Below are positions 1-11,897 of a stretch of DNA of 64,000 bases, piece after piece (position 1 is the stretch's first letter; each line of letters starts with the position of its first letter). The notes beneath the pieces are model-generated. The model was not told where the DNA came from. It worked only from the letters and a program-made list of their open reading frames with translations, and made no database searches. This DNA is from Puccinia triticina (Eukaryota), in the NCBI GenBank assembly GCA_026914245.1, contig CP110439.1, positions 5,084,001 to 5,148,000 on the forward strand. The letters are read 5' to 3'. The translations under genes and the position numbers were made by a program.

Positions 1-24
1 CAAAACCAAACTCAGGATAAATCC

Positions 25-1719
25 ATGGATCAACTCACTAGGAACCTTGCCAGTTGGAATGTCCAAAAGCCTTCCCCCTTTATCTCTTCCAGTCATGTCC
101 CCTACAAACCAGCTCAATATGAGAGGTACCCTGCAACCCTGAAGTGCAATTACTGTCATATGATGGGCCACACCATGCATAGATGCAACCTATTAAACCT
201 GGATGAACTCAATGGCCTCTGCAAGAAAGAAGGGAATACAGTCAGACTCCCTGATGGATCTCAAATTCCCTGGGACAGGAATACCCCCTACAAGGCAACT
301 GTGGACCAGTTTCACCAAGCAAAGAAGCAACCAGGAGTTATCCACTTACCCTCTGGAACACTCAACCCAAATGCACAAGCAAGTAACCTGGAACCTCAGG
401 TATCCTTTGGAGTAATAGAGCACATGGACCAAGATGTGGAAGCCTTGATGATCAGTTCTAGAAGATTACCCTTGGATTCAATGCTGAAGATCAAAGTCAA
501 TAGTGAAGACCTGGAAGATGAAGACAGCTCCCCAGTTAGACTTATGACACCTTGCTTGTCAAAAATCACTTCCCAGGTCCTTGGAAATCTTGGAAATTCA
601 GAAAAATTGGACAACAGAAGAGCAAAGAAGTTAGGATCAGCCAGTGGAACTAATAAAGAAACTTCTATCCCTGGGATTCTCTCACCAAACTTAATAGTTA
701 AAGAACCTCCAGATACTCTATTTGCATTCAAAACTAAATTAGAATTAACTGAAGAAAAGGCCACAGAAAATATCAGCCAAAATGTCCCCCCAGAAGGAAC
801 TTACTCACTCAAGCATGACTCAACCATTAATGAAGCTACATCTGAAGAAAATAAAACCACAAAAGAACCCACCCTTGGATGTTGCCAATCCTTTTTTCTA
901 GAAAATTCTTGCCTTTCAAGTCCACTACCCTTGGATATTCTTGGAGCCCAGGCACCTTTTATAGATAGTAAAATAGACTCTTCCTTGGAACAATTCTCAT
1001 TACTCTTCACTCAGAATTTTGAGCCCATTCCTCTTTCCAACCAATCCTCAGCCAAATTGGAGACCTGCATTTTCCAGAAGGATCCTGGTAAACTTATAGA
1101 CCAAATATCTTCATCAGCCTCCATCACAAAGAGATCAACCTTGGATTTAGTAGGAAAACCCACATTGGAATTTGGTCCACCTTTTTTTGAAGAAAATTAT
1201 TCCCAGCCAAACTTGCCTTCCTCAAATTATCATGGTGCAAATTTATCCCTAGTTGATAAAACCTCCATTCCCAACTCAGCATCCATTTGTAGTTTGGGAA
1301 GCCATGTTTTTCACAAAGACCCTGGTAAACCCACACAAAGAAAATTGGAATCAGCCTCTCTAACAAACAATCCACAGGAATCACATTCTTTTCCAACTCA
1401 CCAGTTTATCCCTAATCACCTTGAATATCCACTCTTCAAACCCCCTGACACAAGCCAAAAGGATTCTGGCGCTCAATTTTTTCCGAAATTCCTAAAGCAA
1501 ATAATCAAGTCAACCAGTATTCAGCATAAACTCCCAGTACCTTGGTTTTCCCCAACTCCCCTTCCAAAAATCCAAAAGATTAATCTATGGAATATTTGGA
1601 TCCTTGCTAACTTCAAGTTCCATAGGTTGAAGGGCATGTCTCATATTGGTTTTGGTAAAACTCCAGGAACTTTCATATTGAAGGGACATGGACTATCCCT
1701 ACTAGTCAGAATCTCATAA
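25..1719 (+). CDS. Gag-like ORF of an LTR retrotransposon (probably 5'-truncated by the window edge)
   Basis: CCHC zinc knuckle CNYCHMMGHTMHRC; lies upstream of a PPT and LTR; almost no CpG; no protease, RT or integrase motif follows. Confidence 0.65.
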   Translation: MDQLTRNLASWNVQKPSPFISSSHVPYKPAQYERYPATLKCNYCHMMGHTMHRCNLLNLDELNGLCKKEGNTVRLPDGSQIPWDRNTPYKATVDQFHQAKKQPGVIHLPSGTLNPNAQASNLEPQVSFGVIEHMDQDVEALMISSRRLPLDSMLKIKVNSEDLEDEDSSPVRLMTPCLSKITSQVLGNLGNSEKLDNRRAKKLGSASGTNKETSIPGILSPNLIVKEPPDTLFAFKTKLELTEEKATENISQNVPPEGTYSLKHDSTINEATSEENKTTKEPTLGCCQSFFLENSCLSSPLPLDILGAQAPFIDSKIDSSLEQFSLLFTQNFEPIPLSNQSSAKLETCIFQKDPGKLIDQISSSASITKRSTLDLVGKPTLEFGPPFFEENYSQPNLPSSNYHGANLSLVDKTSIPNSASICSLGSHVFHKDPGKPTQRKLESASLTNNPQESHSFPTHQFIPNHLEYPLFKPPDTSQKDSGAQFFPKFLKQIIKSTSIQHKLPVPWFSPTPLPKIQKINLWNIWILANFKFHRLKGMSHIGFGKTPGTFILKGHGLSLLVRIS

Positions 1720-2156
1720 GCCTTGCTACCTAGTCACACTCACCCAATTTGGGGGTGGCTGTTGTTGTTTCCTCATTTCCCCAAGAGATCAGTCCCTTCT
1801 CTCAGTTTTTTTTAGATTAATCTTCACACCCCAGCTCAAGCTCACCCAATTTGGGGGTGGCAAGCCAATATACTTCCCTTTCCTCTCATGACCTCTCCCC
1901 TCAAATTCAAGTTCACATATAGGAAAAAGGTGAAGATATAAAAAAACATGTCTCCCCCTCAGCCTCCACATAAAATCTTTCTCATCCTCAATTTCACTTT
2001 TTGGGCATCATAAAATCTACACAACATAGTTTCTTTTTTGCTTCAGTTCATCTCTTCCTTCATCCTCTGTCATATGCTAGCTTTTCTTCTCTCCTCAGGA
2101 TTGGCCTCTTTTCTTTTTTTCTGGATGATGGGGACATCATCTAATTTGGGGGTGGA

Positions 2157-3095
2157 TGTGGTAAGCCAATCCTGATCTACCCAGAAAACCAGCAACCATC
2201 AATCACAAGGCTGTCCCACCTCAAGACTAAATCCCATACCTCTGGCCCCCTTGTCAGCAAAGCCCAAGGCCCACAACATCCCCACTCAATGGTCATACCC
2301 TGGATAATAGTATTCCCTCTTCCTAAACTCCTCCTCTCTTGGATAAACCCTCTCCCTAGTCTCAAACATCTACCCAGATCACATGTTACCCCCTTCTTCT
2401 GTGTTTCCTTAGAACCATGTGCTCAAATATGTACAAGCACCCTTGAAACCCTTCACCCTCCAAACCCAAAATGATACACATTATACTAGACACAGCCCCA
2501 AACCCCACCTAGATTATTACTTCCTGAAACACTTCATGAAACACCTAACTCCTCCTATCTTAGATCATAGAATATTCTACCCCTGTTATGTCTCACATAT
2601 CCCCTCCTCCAACTAGGAAGATTGCACCATAGCCCCCAGAAGATGGCATCAACCCCACCCACTATTACACCATCATGTGACTCCTTGACCCACTACTCTG
2701 ACCACATGGCTGTTTCATCCTATAGAAGTAGAATGTTCTATGATTCCCTTCAGGTTATCCTTGTTTCCTCATGGCTCCTCTTTCTTGTGTATATAAACTG
2801 GGTTGTTTTCCTCTTCCTTTGTTCCCCATCAGATCCTGTCAAAGTAATTCAGATCACTGGTCACCTATCATTAGCCTTGCTTATGCCAATAAATCAGATT
2901 GGACAAGCTTGTTATCTGTGTACAAAATATTAGATTAGTAGAAAAGTAACCCTCAAGACATACCTCAAGAATCCTCTATAGCCACACCTTTCCATAAGAG
3001 TCCACACTCTTATATCTTTTTCTTGTTCCCAGAGAGGCAGCCCATTAAAGCACCATTCCCTCTCCAGCTCTATTCATCCCAAGAGTAGTTCCACA
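2157..3095 (+). mobile_element. 3' LTR (939 bp) of an LTR retrotransposon
   Basis: TGTGG...CCACA termini; purine-rich PPT-like TTTGGGGGTGGA immediately upstream; followed by CCGG; same termini as the solo LTR at 12507. Confidence 0.8.
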
Positions 3096-3384
3096 CCGGT
3101 CATCCAGAGATGTGTGGACCGCCAAAGAGTTCGAAGCCTCCTGGAAAGCGAGGGCAACTTCTAACTGCTTGAAGCCAACTTCCTTGGATTTGAAAAAACC
3201 CTGGATGTCCCTGGCTGGTCATCCAGAGGAGTAAACCTCTCAAGCTGACCTGTAAACACTCGGAAAAGTGTGTACAGGCCAGCATTTTGTCTGCCCAGGT
3301 GCAGGGCCCTGGCAACAGAGTTGTGTTCAGGTGGGTGCAAAGGATGTCAGGGCCCAGGGGCCTTGTGTCATGTGCAAGCTGGGA

Positions 3385-3730
3385 CCAATACTTAAAGGGC
3401 TAGGGGGAAGCTGTTTGTCCCCCCAGGGATCTGGGTTTCGTCCCACCCCCTCCCTGAAGGCCCCCTATTTAATTTGAGTAGGCTCCTTCTTGATTTCAAA
3501 AAACACAAATTTGAATCTTGAACAAAACTTTTTATTTAAACTTCAAACTCACACAAAACAAAAAATATGACCACAATCAAAACATACAAAAAATGAAATA
3601 AACTCAAACAAAACCAAAAATTTACACTCAAACAAAACATGAACTCTAAATTCAAACAAAACATAAACTCTCAACTCAAGCAAAAAAACAAACTTTAACT
3701 TTTTAAACTTAAAAACACAAATTTGCAACT
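3385..3730 (-). repeat. Dispersed repeat family A (unclassified TE module)
   Basis: CCCCTCCCTG(A/C/G)AGGCCCCCTA...TAGGCCC core recurs near 36170, 39240 and 48945; the A-rich tail is shared with 36200-36410. Confidence 0.6.
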
Positions 3731-4954
3731 TTTAATTTCTTTTGCCTGCAATTTCAATGAAATGCAGCATAAACCCATGAAGTCAGTCTCTGTGAAACTG
3801 TGGTTTTAATAAACTTGGATCAGAGGGAGGGCCCTTGAGAGCATAATTTGAATCATACAGGGTGCACAAGAAGGTTTGGCAGCTTTGACAGGTCTGCTCA
3901 TATCATCAGCCTCATGTGACTTGTTTGGTTGTGATCTGATGTAGGGGTGTAAAGGGGCGCCATCCACAGATCCTATTACTGCCATTAGAGCAAAGTTTGG
4001 TCTTGGTCAAGAGCAGACAGGAGAGGTTTGGCGGGGTGACCAAGCTGATCATTGGTTGCGCGACAGCACCAGGGAATTTTTGCACTTACGTTTTCCTTAG
4101 CCAAGGTGTGGGCTTCAACTCCTATCTGATGCTTCTCACACTCAAGTCTGTTGACAGCTTCTGGTTGACTGTCCCTTGGAAATTTCAAAGCAGAAGCTGC
4201 TTCATCAACCAAATCAATGGCAATCAACGGCCTGCTTTGTATCAGTGGGACTTGGGAGAGAGCAGTTGCAGTGACAATGGCATGGTTGAGGATTCCAGCA
4301 GCTGGGCCCAGAGTGGGGGGATACTGTTGGTTGGCAGGGCTTGAAGTAGTTCCTGCTGCTGGGTCTGGAAGTTTATGACCTGCTTGATCAATACATGGTT
4401 GCGCACAACCTTGCCAAGATCAGCCTTGACAATGACAAGGTTGTTTTTCCTGACAGCATGGTCATTGGCCAGCTTGACGAGATTGATTGATTTAGCGGGA
4501 TAGAAGAGGTTGGTATGGCTGGCCTTGAACCCTACGATGTAGAGTCTTTCCGTTCTGCAAGTAACTGCCAGTATTCAACCATTCTGCACAATGAGCTTGG
4601 CAAAAAGCTGACCATTACGCAGTGTTTGCCATCATGGAGACCACCCTGCTGAACCATCCGCCCAATGTGGGGGGATGGTGCAAGCCTGCAGTGGCATGGC
4701 AGTGGTGGTGGTGGTGTTGGTGGTGTTCCTGGATGGTTGGTGAGGGTAGATTGGAACGGATTGTTTGCCGCGCTTGAGGTATGGACAACTCGAAATGGGA
4801 GTAACTGGTTCAGCAATGTCAGTAGTTATGTATACCTGGGGACCACATATTGATGGCGGTGGTGATGTTGCCTTGGTCATCTTGGTGGGGTTGTTGTTGT
4901 GAACCCGGAGGTAAGTCCAACCCAAATCCAGAGGCCCGCGGGCCGCGGGGGCTA

Positions 4955-5355
4955 GGCTATATAGGACTGTGAGCTGGCCAGTCAGGTTCACCCCCCAGGT
5001 GCATCTGTTTTGTCTGTAATTCCAGCAGGCAGTGCGTCTAAGGCTCCCCCGCTTCTGCATATGCATTTGCACAGTCTGGGGTGTTAAAGAGATGGCCCCC
5101 ACTTAGCAGATTGCCACCGCGCTGCTGGGGGCCTTCCTGACATAATGTTTGACCCATCCGGTGAGTTGGGCGGCAGTATGGGCCTGCAGGGTGCAGCAGC
5201 TTTGGCTGGTGTTGGGCTAGGTTGTGTTTTTTGTGGAGGCTCTCCTCAGATGAGGAAGGCCTTTTTTGCTTTTTTGTGATTAAAAGATAGGGAAAACCCT
5301 TTCTTTGTTGTTGTGTGGATAAAAAATAGGGGAAACCCTTGATTTTTTTTTTCCA
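4955..5355 (-). repeat. Dispersed repeat family B (unclassified TE module)
   Basis: Reverse complement carries repeated AAGGGTTTCCC plus CCCCAGACTGTGCAAATGCA; related copies at 15285-15675, 47080-47515 and 61650-62060. Confidence 0.55.
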
Positions 5356-5371
5356 CAAAACTCTGGTTAAT

Positions 5372-6904
5372 TGTGGTGTTCAAAGTTGGTTTTCATAATT
5401 TTATGCATGCATAAATCATAAAATCATAAACTCTTTTTTGCAGGGGATATGACTGTCTGATTATGTAATACAAAATTTCCTCACCAAAATATTTTTATGA
5501 TTTTATGATTTATGCATGCATAAAAATAGGGGGTTACTAAATGTACCCGGTTTTTCCGCGTTTGTACCCGGTTTTTGCGTACCCCCTTTTCCGCGTGCCT
5601 ACCCGGTTTTTTTCTACTCATTTCTACGCGACGCAAGTAATATCAAAATTTGTCTAAAATGATGAACAAAATTATCATGCAATCAGAATACCAAAAAAAC
5701 CAATTTTAATTAATTCATTCTTTTTTGCATACCCCCTTTTCTGGGGTATATACTTAGGGAATAACTTTTTTGTCGCATGCCCCAGCCGCACAAAAATTCC
5801 AGGGCACTTATGATTGTGAATATTCTACATTCCCTGAAATTTTTAGGATTTTCAGGGAGTGCGCGGTGGGCTTAGTAGGAAAATTCCCACTAACTGAATA
5901 ACTTTTTTGTTACATTTCCAAGCAAGCTAAAAATTTCAGGAATATTTAAAATATGTATAATCTACGTGTCCTGAAATTTTCAGCAATGGGGTGGCATAAA
6001 AACATGAGATATAAGGGGTGTGCGGCAGTCTTAAGGGGAACAATCCGGCTAATTGAATAGCTTTCTTGTCACATATCACAGCAGTCTAAAAACTTAAATG
6101 AAATTTCAAATATGAATATCCTCTGTGACATGACATTTTTAGCAATGTTGTGGCATCATAACCTGAGATGTAAGGGATGCGCGGTAGTCATAATACCTAC
6201 TACTGCGCACCCCATATAACTCATGTTCTGATGCCACAACATTGCTAAAAATTCAAGGTCACGGAGAAGATGCATATTTGAAAGTTCACTCAAGTTTTTA
6301 GACTGCTGTGATATGTAACAAAAAAGCTATTCAATTAGCCGGATTGTTCCCCTTAAGACTGCCGCACACCCCTTATATCTCATGTTTTTATGCCACCCCA
6401 TTGCTGAAAATTTCAGGACACGTAGATTATACATATTTTAAATATTCCTGAAATTTTTAGCTTGTTTGGAAATGTAACAAAAAAGTTATTCAGATAGTGG
6501 GAATTTTCCTACTAAGCCCACCACGCACTCCCTGAAAATCCTAAAAATTTCAGGGAATGTAGAATATCCACAATTATAAGTACCCTAAAATTTTTGTGCA
6601 GCTGGGGCATGTAAAAAAAAATTTATCCCCTTAGTATTTACCCCAGAAAAGCGGGTACGCAAAAAACCGGGTACAAATTGATTAATCATTTGGAAATTGA
6701 GTTTTTCGAAATTCTGATTGCATGATAATTATGTTCATCATTTTAGATGAATTTTGGTATTATTTGCGCTGCGTAGAAATGAGTAGAAAAAAACCGGGTA
6801 CGCACGCGGAAAAGGGGGTACGCAAAAACCGGGTACAAACGCGGAAATACCCGGGTACGTTTATCAACCCCCTAAAAATATTCAAACCAACTTTGAACAC
6901 CATA
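5372..6904. mobile_element. ~180-bp MITE, copy 1, interrupted by a foldback element
   Basis: TGGTGTTCAAAGTTGGTTT ... AAACCAACTTTGAACACCA TIRs; uninterrupted copies at 6908-7088 and 37239-37419. Confidence 0.75.
5529..6872. mobile_element. Non-autonomous foldback element (MULE-like) with ~650-bp TIRs
   Basis: GGGGGTT...AACCCCC ends; the two halves are reverse complements up to a centre near 6200; TAAAAATA duplicated on both sides (8-bp TSD). Confidence 0.85.
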
Positions 6905-6907
6905 AAT

Positions 6908-7088
6908 TATGGTATTCAAAGTTGGTTTGCATAATTTTATGCATGCATAAATCATAAAATCATAAAATCTTTTTTGCAGGGGACATGACTGTCTGATTAT
7001 GTAATAGAAAATTTCCTCACCAAAATATTTTTATGATTTTATGATTTATGCATGCGTAAAATTCTGCAAACCAACTTTGAACACCATA
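6908..7088. mobile_element. ~180-bp MITE, copy 2
   Basis: TATGGTATTCAAAGTTGGTTTGC ... GCAAACCAACTTTGAACACCATA; palindromic interior; abuts copy 1. Confidence 0.8.
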
Positions 7089-7104
7089 AATATCGGAAAC
7101 GTTA

Positions 7105-7942
7105 CAGTGCCCCGCATCTCTTCTCAACTACCCCGTGCCCGCAAAATTTTTTGACCCCCCATAACTTTTTGACCATCAACCCTATAACTCCATACAGCAC
7201 ATTTTTGAGCTCTATGGAGCTTGTAGAAAAGGATTTTATATAGCACATCCCTCTGGGATGTCTCCTTCAAAAGTTATCATTTTTTGGGTGGTCAAATTTG
7301 GAACACTTGCCTATACTATGGGTTTAAATGTATGTACTATGGGTTTATAAAGTATTTTTTATGTACTCGACGGACTTATTATGTATATAAAACACTGTAA
7401 ACCATATGATTACAGCATTTGGCGAGTGCAATTGGCTGAGTTCTTGCCGGTGGGAATTGATTTTTGTCAGGATTGCAAAAAAATTGTTCATCAGCCTGTT
7501 TGTCCTCATTGGAAATCTCAATAGGACAGCTTTGATTGGAATTCAATTTTTGCTTTTTGATTGTGCGGCCAACCTTCTTCCTCAGCATTGATTCAAATTT
7601 GCGGCGGGCTCTTTGTGCATTAGAAGCTTTGCTAGCAGGCGCCATTGTGAGTTGTTTTTTTGAAGGTCTCTTGATTTGCCAAAGCCAGGATGCCAGGAGA
7701 CCTCACAATAACCATAATATGTACACTTATGTAATATATTCAAATATGTATTACAATGTATGTATAACACTTATTTCTCAGGCTAAAAGTTCTGACAGCT
7801 GTTGTACAGCATCATTTTCCCCTAAAAACATCAGCAATCATCAGAGAAAAGCCCCTGCCCCCAAATTTTTTTTTTTGATTTTCCCCCCCAAAAAATTTGG
7901 AACACCCCTGTAGGGGTAGTCGAGAAGAGGTGCGGGGCACTG
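7105..7942 (-). mobile_element. Non-autonomous Tc1/mariner-type element
   Basis: TA|CAGTGCCCCGCATCTCTTCTCAACTACCCC ... GGGGTAGTCGAGAAGAGGTGCGGGGCACTG|TA; short basic ORF 7645-7379 may be a transposase N-terminal remnant. Confidence 0.85.
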
Positions 7943-8080
7943 TACACTGGGGCGGCGAGAGATTCCACATACCACCCACGTCCGGCTGCAACGCATGACA
8001 AATGGACCTGAGTGTGTCCGTAACGGCGCTTATCGCCCTGCGCTGGGGACCGCCCACTCACAACTCAGAATTCTTCGAAA

Positions 8081-11000
8081 ATGTTTGCCTCACTCTCTCT
8101 CCTGCAAGTGGGGTGGCTCATAATTGGTTCCAAGGCTCTGGCCAGGCCGCTCCTGGAAGGTTTACCAGACCATGATGCCACCATCCCCCTTAACCTCGAC
8201 TCAAACAGTCAGGCCCGAGGCTCTGAAGGGAACAGTTTTTCGCTTGGTCCAGACGCCTCTCCGAGTCCCAACTTTCAAGAGAAACTGTCGAATCGAAAGC
8301 GACTGTTGGGCCAGGATCAGCAACACGCGGGCCAAACATCGCCACACCTCTCGACTATGGAACGCGATAAGGGATCTGATGGCAAACAGAATAGTGTGCT
8401 GATATTTCAATCCAGGCTGACAAATGCTGCGGGGTGGTTAAACTCAAACTGACATCTTGACGCCAGATATTCTTCAAGAAGAAAAACTGGGATCGAATGC
8501 AGGAAAACGAAAAAAAAAATCAAGAAGGCACCATGGATCATTTGAATCCTACCGTTCGTCTAGGAGGCTCATCGCCAACTGAACTTGAGCAGTGGTTCTT
8601 GACCGCGTGGCAAAGTAAGCATGCCGCATCCTTCACTGTGCCCATGGATCCTACCCTCCAAATGTCCGCTGTATTTATCCAAGCCTCTTGGGCGCGGGTT
8701 CCAGGTTTAGGAGGGCTCGATAGCCAGGCGGAAGCCTATCAACAGCCTTCAATCAAACCACTAACTTTCGACCAGTCATCACACTCTTTCTCACCTGCTC
8801 GGACCAACACCCCATACTTCCCAGGCGTCAAGGAGGGGCATCACTCAACTTTGCCATCAGGATCAGAATCTCATCTTCCTTCTCCGTCCAATTTTCAGTT
8901 GGGCTCAAGCAGCGGGGATTCGGCTGCGTCTTCGGCCTCGTGGCCATCTGACTCTGAAGACTATCATGTCCCACAAGGCTCTCAAGCCTTAGAACAACGG
9001 CTGGCAAGACCTGTTAAGGTACTGGGATCTTCTGTGAACCACAACAGTGGTAAGTCAAAATCTTCATGTACATATATCTGTATCTCTTGTGATCGGGGTT
9101 AAAAACATGCTTGTTCAGCTCCGATGGACGATTTTACTTGGCCATCTTTCCTGCCGAGCCGCGCCCACGGGCACCATGTTGATCAGGCCCATTTAATGCC
9201 TCAGCTACTGGATCTCAATGTGGAGTACCACGAGGAGAGGCATTGTAAGTCAGGATCATGTATCTTGTCAAGCTTTGCTTACTGAACATGTTTATTTACA
9301 TCGCGTGTGATTCATTTTCAGCTCCGATTATTGAACTCGATTCAGAAGCTCCAACCCCGAGAGACGCCGAAAGCGAAGATTTTCATGAGCACGGCTCAAA
9401 TAACGACAATTTGAGATTGTCTGTTGATTATGAAAACGTCACCGAGGAAATACAGAACAATGGACATCATCCTAGATCCAAATCCCTGGTACCTGTTCTT
9501 CGACCTGCTGAACACACCGAGGAAGCTCACCGTGAGTAAGAAATCGAGTAGCACTACTCTGGCTGAGATTTGAGCCTAACTTCTTTCTTGTGCGGCTTGA
9601 ATCCAGCCCAAATGCTGCATTTAACCTCCGAATCTTCAAATCCCAGCCGCAGCGAGAAGGATTTTGAGCACGTCCCCGATCCACATGTCCTAGTGGTTGA
9701 TAATATTCGCCATAGCGAAAACGAGATGAACGCCGCAACCGGCCAGGCTGAACGGCCAGTCACACAAGCCAAGCAAAATGAAAACTACATAATGGAACAT
9801 TCAGGTTTTTCAATGGGTTTTCTCAAAGAGCTCAAAGAGCAACTCGAACTCACGTCTTATCCTAAGAACAGCATGAGCCCCCCATTCTTGCAACAGTTCA
9901 CAGAAAAATTTGGTACTGAGATCCGAAAACAATTTGACGACCACAAGGTCACAATTTACGATCGCGTTCAAGTCAACGGTTTTCCGGCTGTTATCTTTTC
10001 ACCTTTCCATAAGAACTCATCTCGACCCTCGATTATTCGGGTAATCAACCAGACTTTTCGAAGTGGATCAAGAACCAAAGTGCCACGTGGATTGTGTCAT
10101 ATGTTCAACCAATTAATAGCCTGGATCATCTTCATCAATACGGCCATGTTGAGAATGGAAAACATTGCAGGGGCCAACTTGGAAGCCGAGAAGACTTCTC
10201 ACGTCCGACTGACTAATTGGCTTTGGGAAGAGGTTTTCCATCCGCCCGGCGGCGGTTATCCAGTAATGGGAGTAGTTACAGAGTCAATGCTACCAGGAGA
10301 AGGCCAGGCATCAGATGGCAAGGTGTTTGGGCACCTCCAGGCGTCGCTTTTGGACTATCTTAGCCAGAAGCCATCAACAGAAAACTGCCTCAGGACTTCT
10401 ATTTCCATTTTCCAGGCTTGGCACAAACATCTCAACAATAATTCACAGGCACAGCTTTTGGAGGATGGACCACAGTTGTTTCAAACTATACAATCACTTG
10501 TATTGGAGGCAACTTTCTCTCTATGGCAAGCTGACAATCTTGTGCAACCATATCTTGACAAATCATCAAAAGATCACAAACCAAGCTTCCACATAGAAAA
10601 CTTCACAGTTCCCAGCTTGAGTGATCTGCCACATCTACTTTTACCAGCCAAATTTTTATCTAAACCAGTCATTTTGGGAGAACATGAAACCCTGATCATG
10701 ACAGCTTTCAAGGAACAAAAGCCTTGGCTGCCTTTCAAACCATGCAAAAGCTGGTCAATGTACAACCTTCCAGTATTGCTTGAAGAAGAAATGGTCAATA
10801 TCCTAGCAGGAAAATTCACCATCAGAATTGTGCACAAAAATCAAAAGGAAATTTATATGAATGACTTGGTGTCAAAGATAGAATATTTGCTCTTCCATTT
10901 GCAACTGTGCCACCACCACTTACTAGATTATCTCACCTCATTTCAAATCCAGCAAATTGAAAATGCACATGAGGCCTTTTCCAAATGGCTCTATAACATC

Positions 11001-11306
11001 ATACTTCAGCCAGGACTCAGAAATTATCCTCTTGTTGGAACAATCATGACAATGGATAAAACTAAAACACAGATATCTTTGGCATCAAATTTTGATACAA
11101 TTCAAAAAGAATTGATTGACTACATTTCCACACAGCATTCAAGTTACATGGTTTTTTGGATATCACTTGCTCTCATTGGTCATTGGTATAAAAATCACAA
11201 TCATGCCAATGGTTATTGGACTCATTGCTTCAAGAATGATGAACAATACTGGAAGATCATGATGACCCTTCTGTGCAAAACATTAAAACTAAGAAAAAAA
11301 CTGTGA
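8081..11306 (+). CDS. Large multi-exon putatively secreted protein of unknown function
   Basis: Signal-peptide-like start MFASLSLLQVGWLIIGSKALA; approximate GT-AG introns at 8396-8466, 9050-9118, 9245-9321 and 9532-9605; 1.7-kb open last exon containing two homologous domains. Confidence 0.75.
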
Positions 11307-11737
11307 GAGTATGATTGGCCTCCTGTGCAACATCATAGAGATCTTTGTTTAGGGATTAATTTATTTTTAGTCAAGAATACCACCTGTTTGGGTGGAGTCA
11401 TTTGAGTAGCATAACTATTGTTGTTACCTGCTGCTACTATTATGCTAGTATTCCATCTGCTGGAAGATAATTACTAGAAATCTTGATGGGCCATGGATGA
11501 TTGCCCATATTTTGTATTCTACTCTTTCATCAAAAAAGATATGAATTATTTGGACTTGTTCTAACTAGTGTGGCCCAAGAGTTACTCCTATAGCTCCGCC
11601 TGGTTCACGTCACTATCTGAGGTCACCAGGGAAATAATAATCATCCCAAAACCCTCAGTGGCTTCTGAATCATATTTCTCTACAGTTGGGTGGGTTCTTG
11701 AAAACTATCAAATGCACCTGAAAAAAGAATTGGTTTA

Positions 11738-11897
11738 GGCCCCGTTTGGCTGCCGCGTTATACATGATAAATGGGCTTATTTATCACGTGCGACGCCCGG
11801 GAGGTCAAAGTTTTTGGTGGAGGCGGGGGGTGAACTTTGGGTTGCGCGTGATAAATTTGCACATTTATTACGTATAACACGGCAGCCAAATGGGGCC
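11738..11897. mobile_element. Tourist-like (PIF/Harbinger) MITE, 160 bp
   Basis: TIR GGCCCCGTTTGGCTGCCG / CGGCAGCCAAATGGGGCC; TTA on both sides; second copy at 13291. Confidence 0.9.

Noticed and set aside
3900..4900. Possible LINE/DIRS ORF1 remnant on the - strand (similar case at 38100-39100)
   Set aside because: Looks like decayed coding DNA but has no diagnostic motif to assign it
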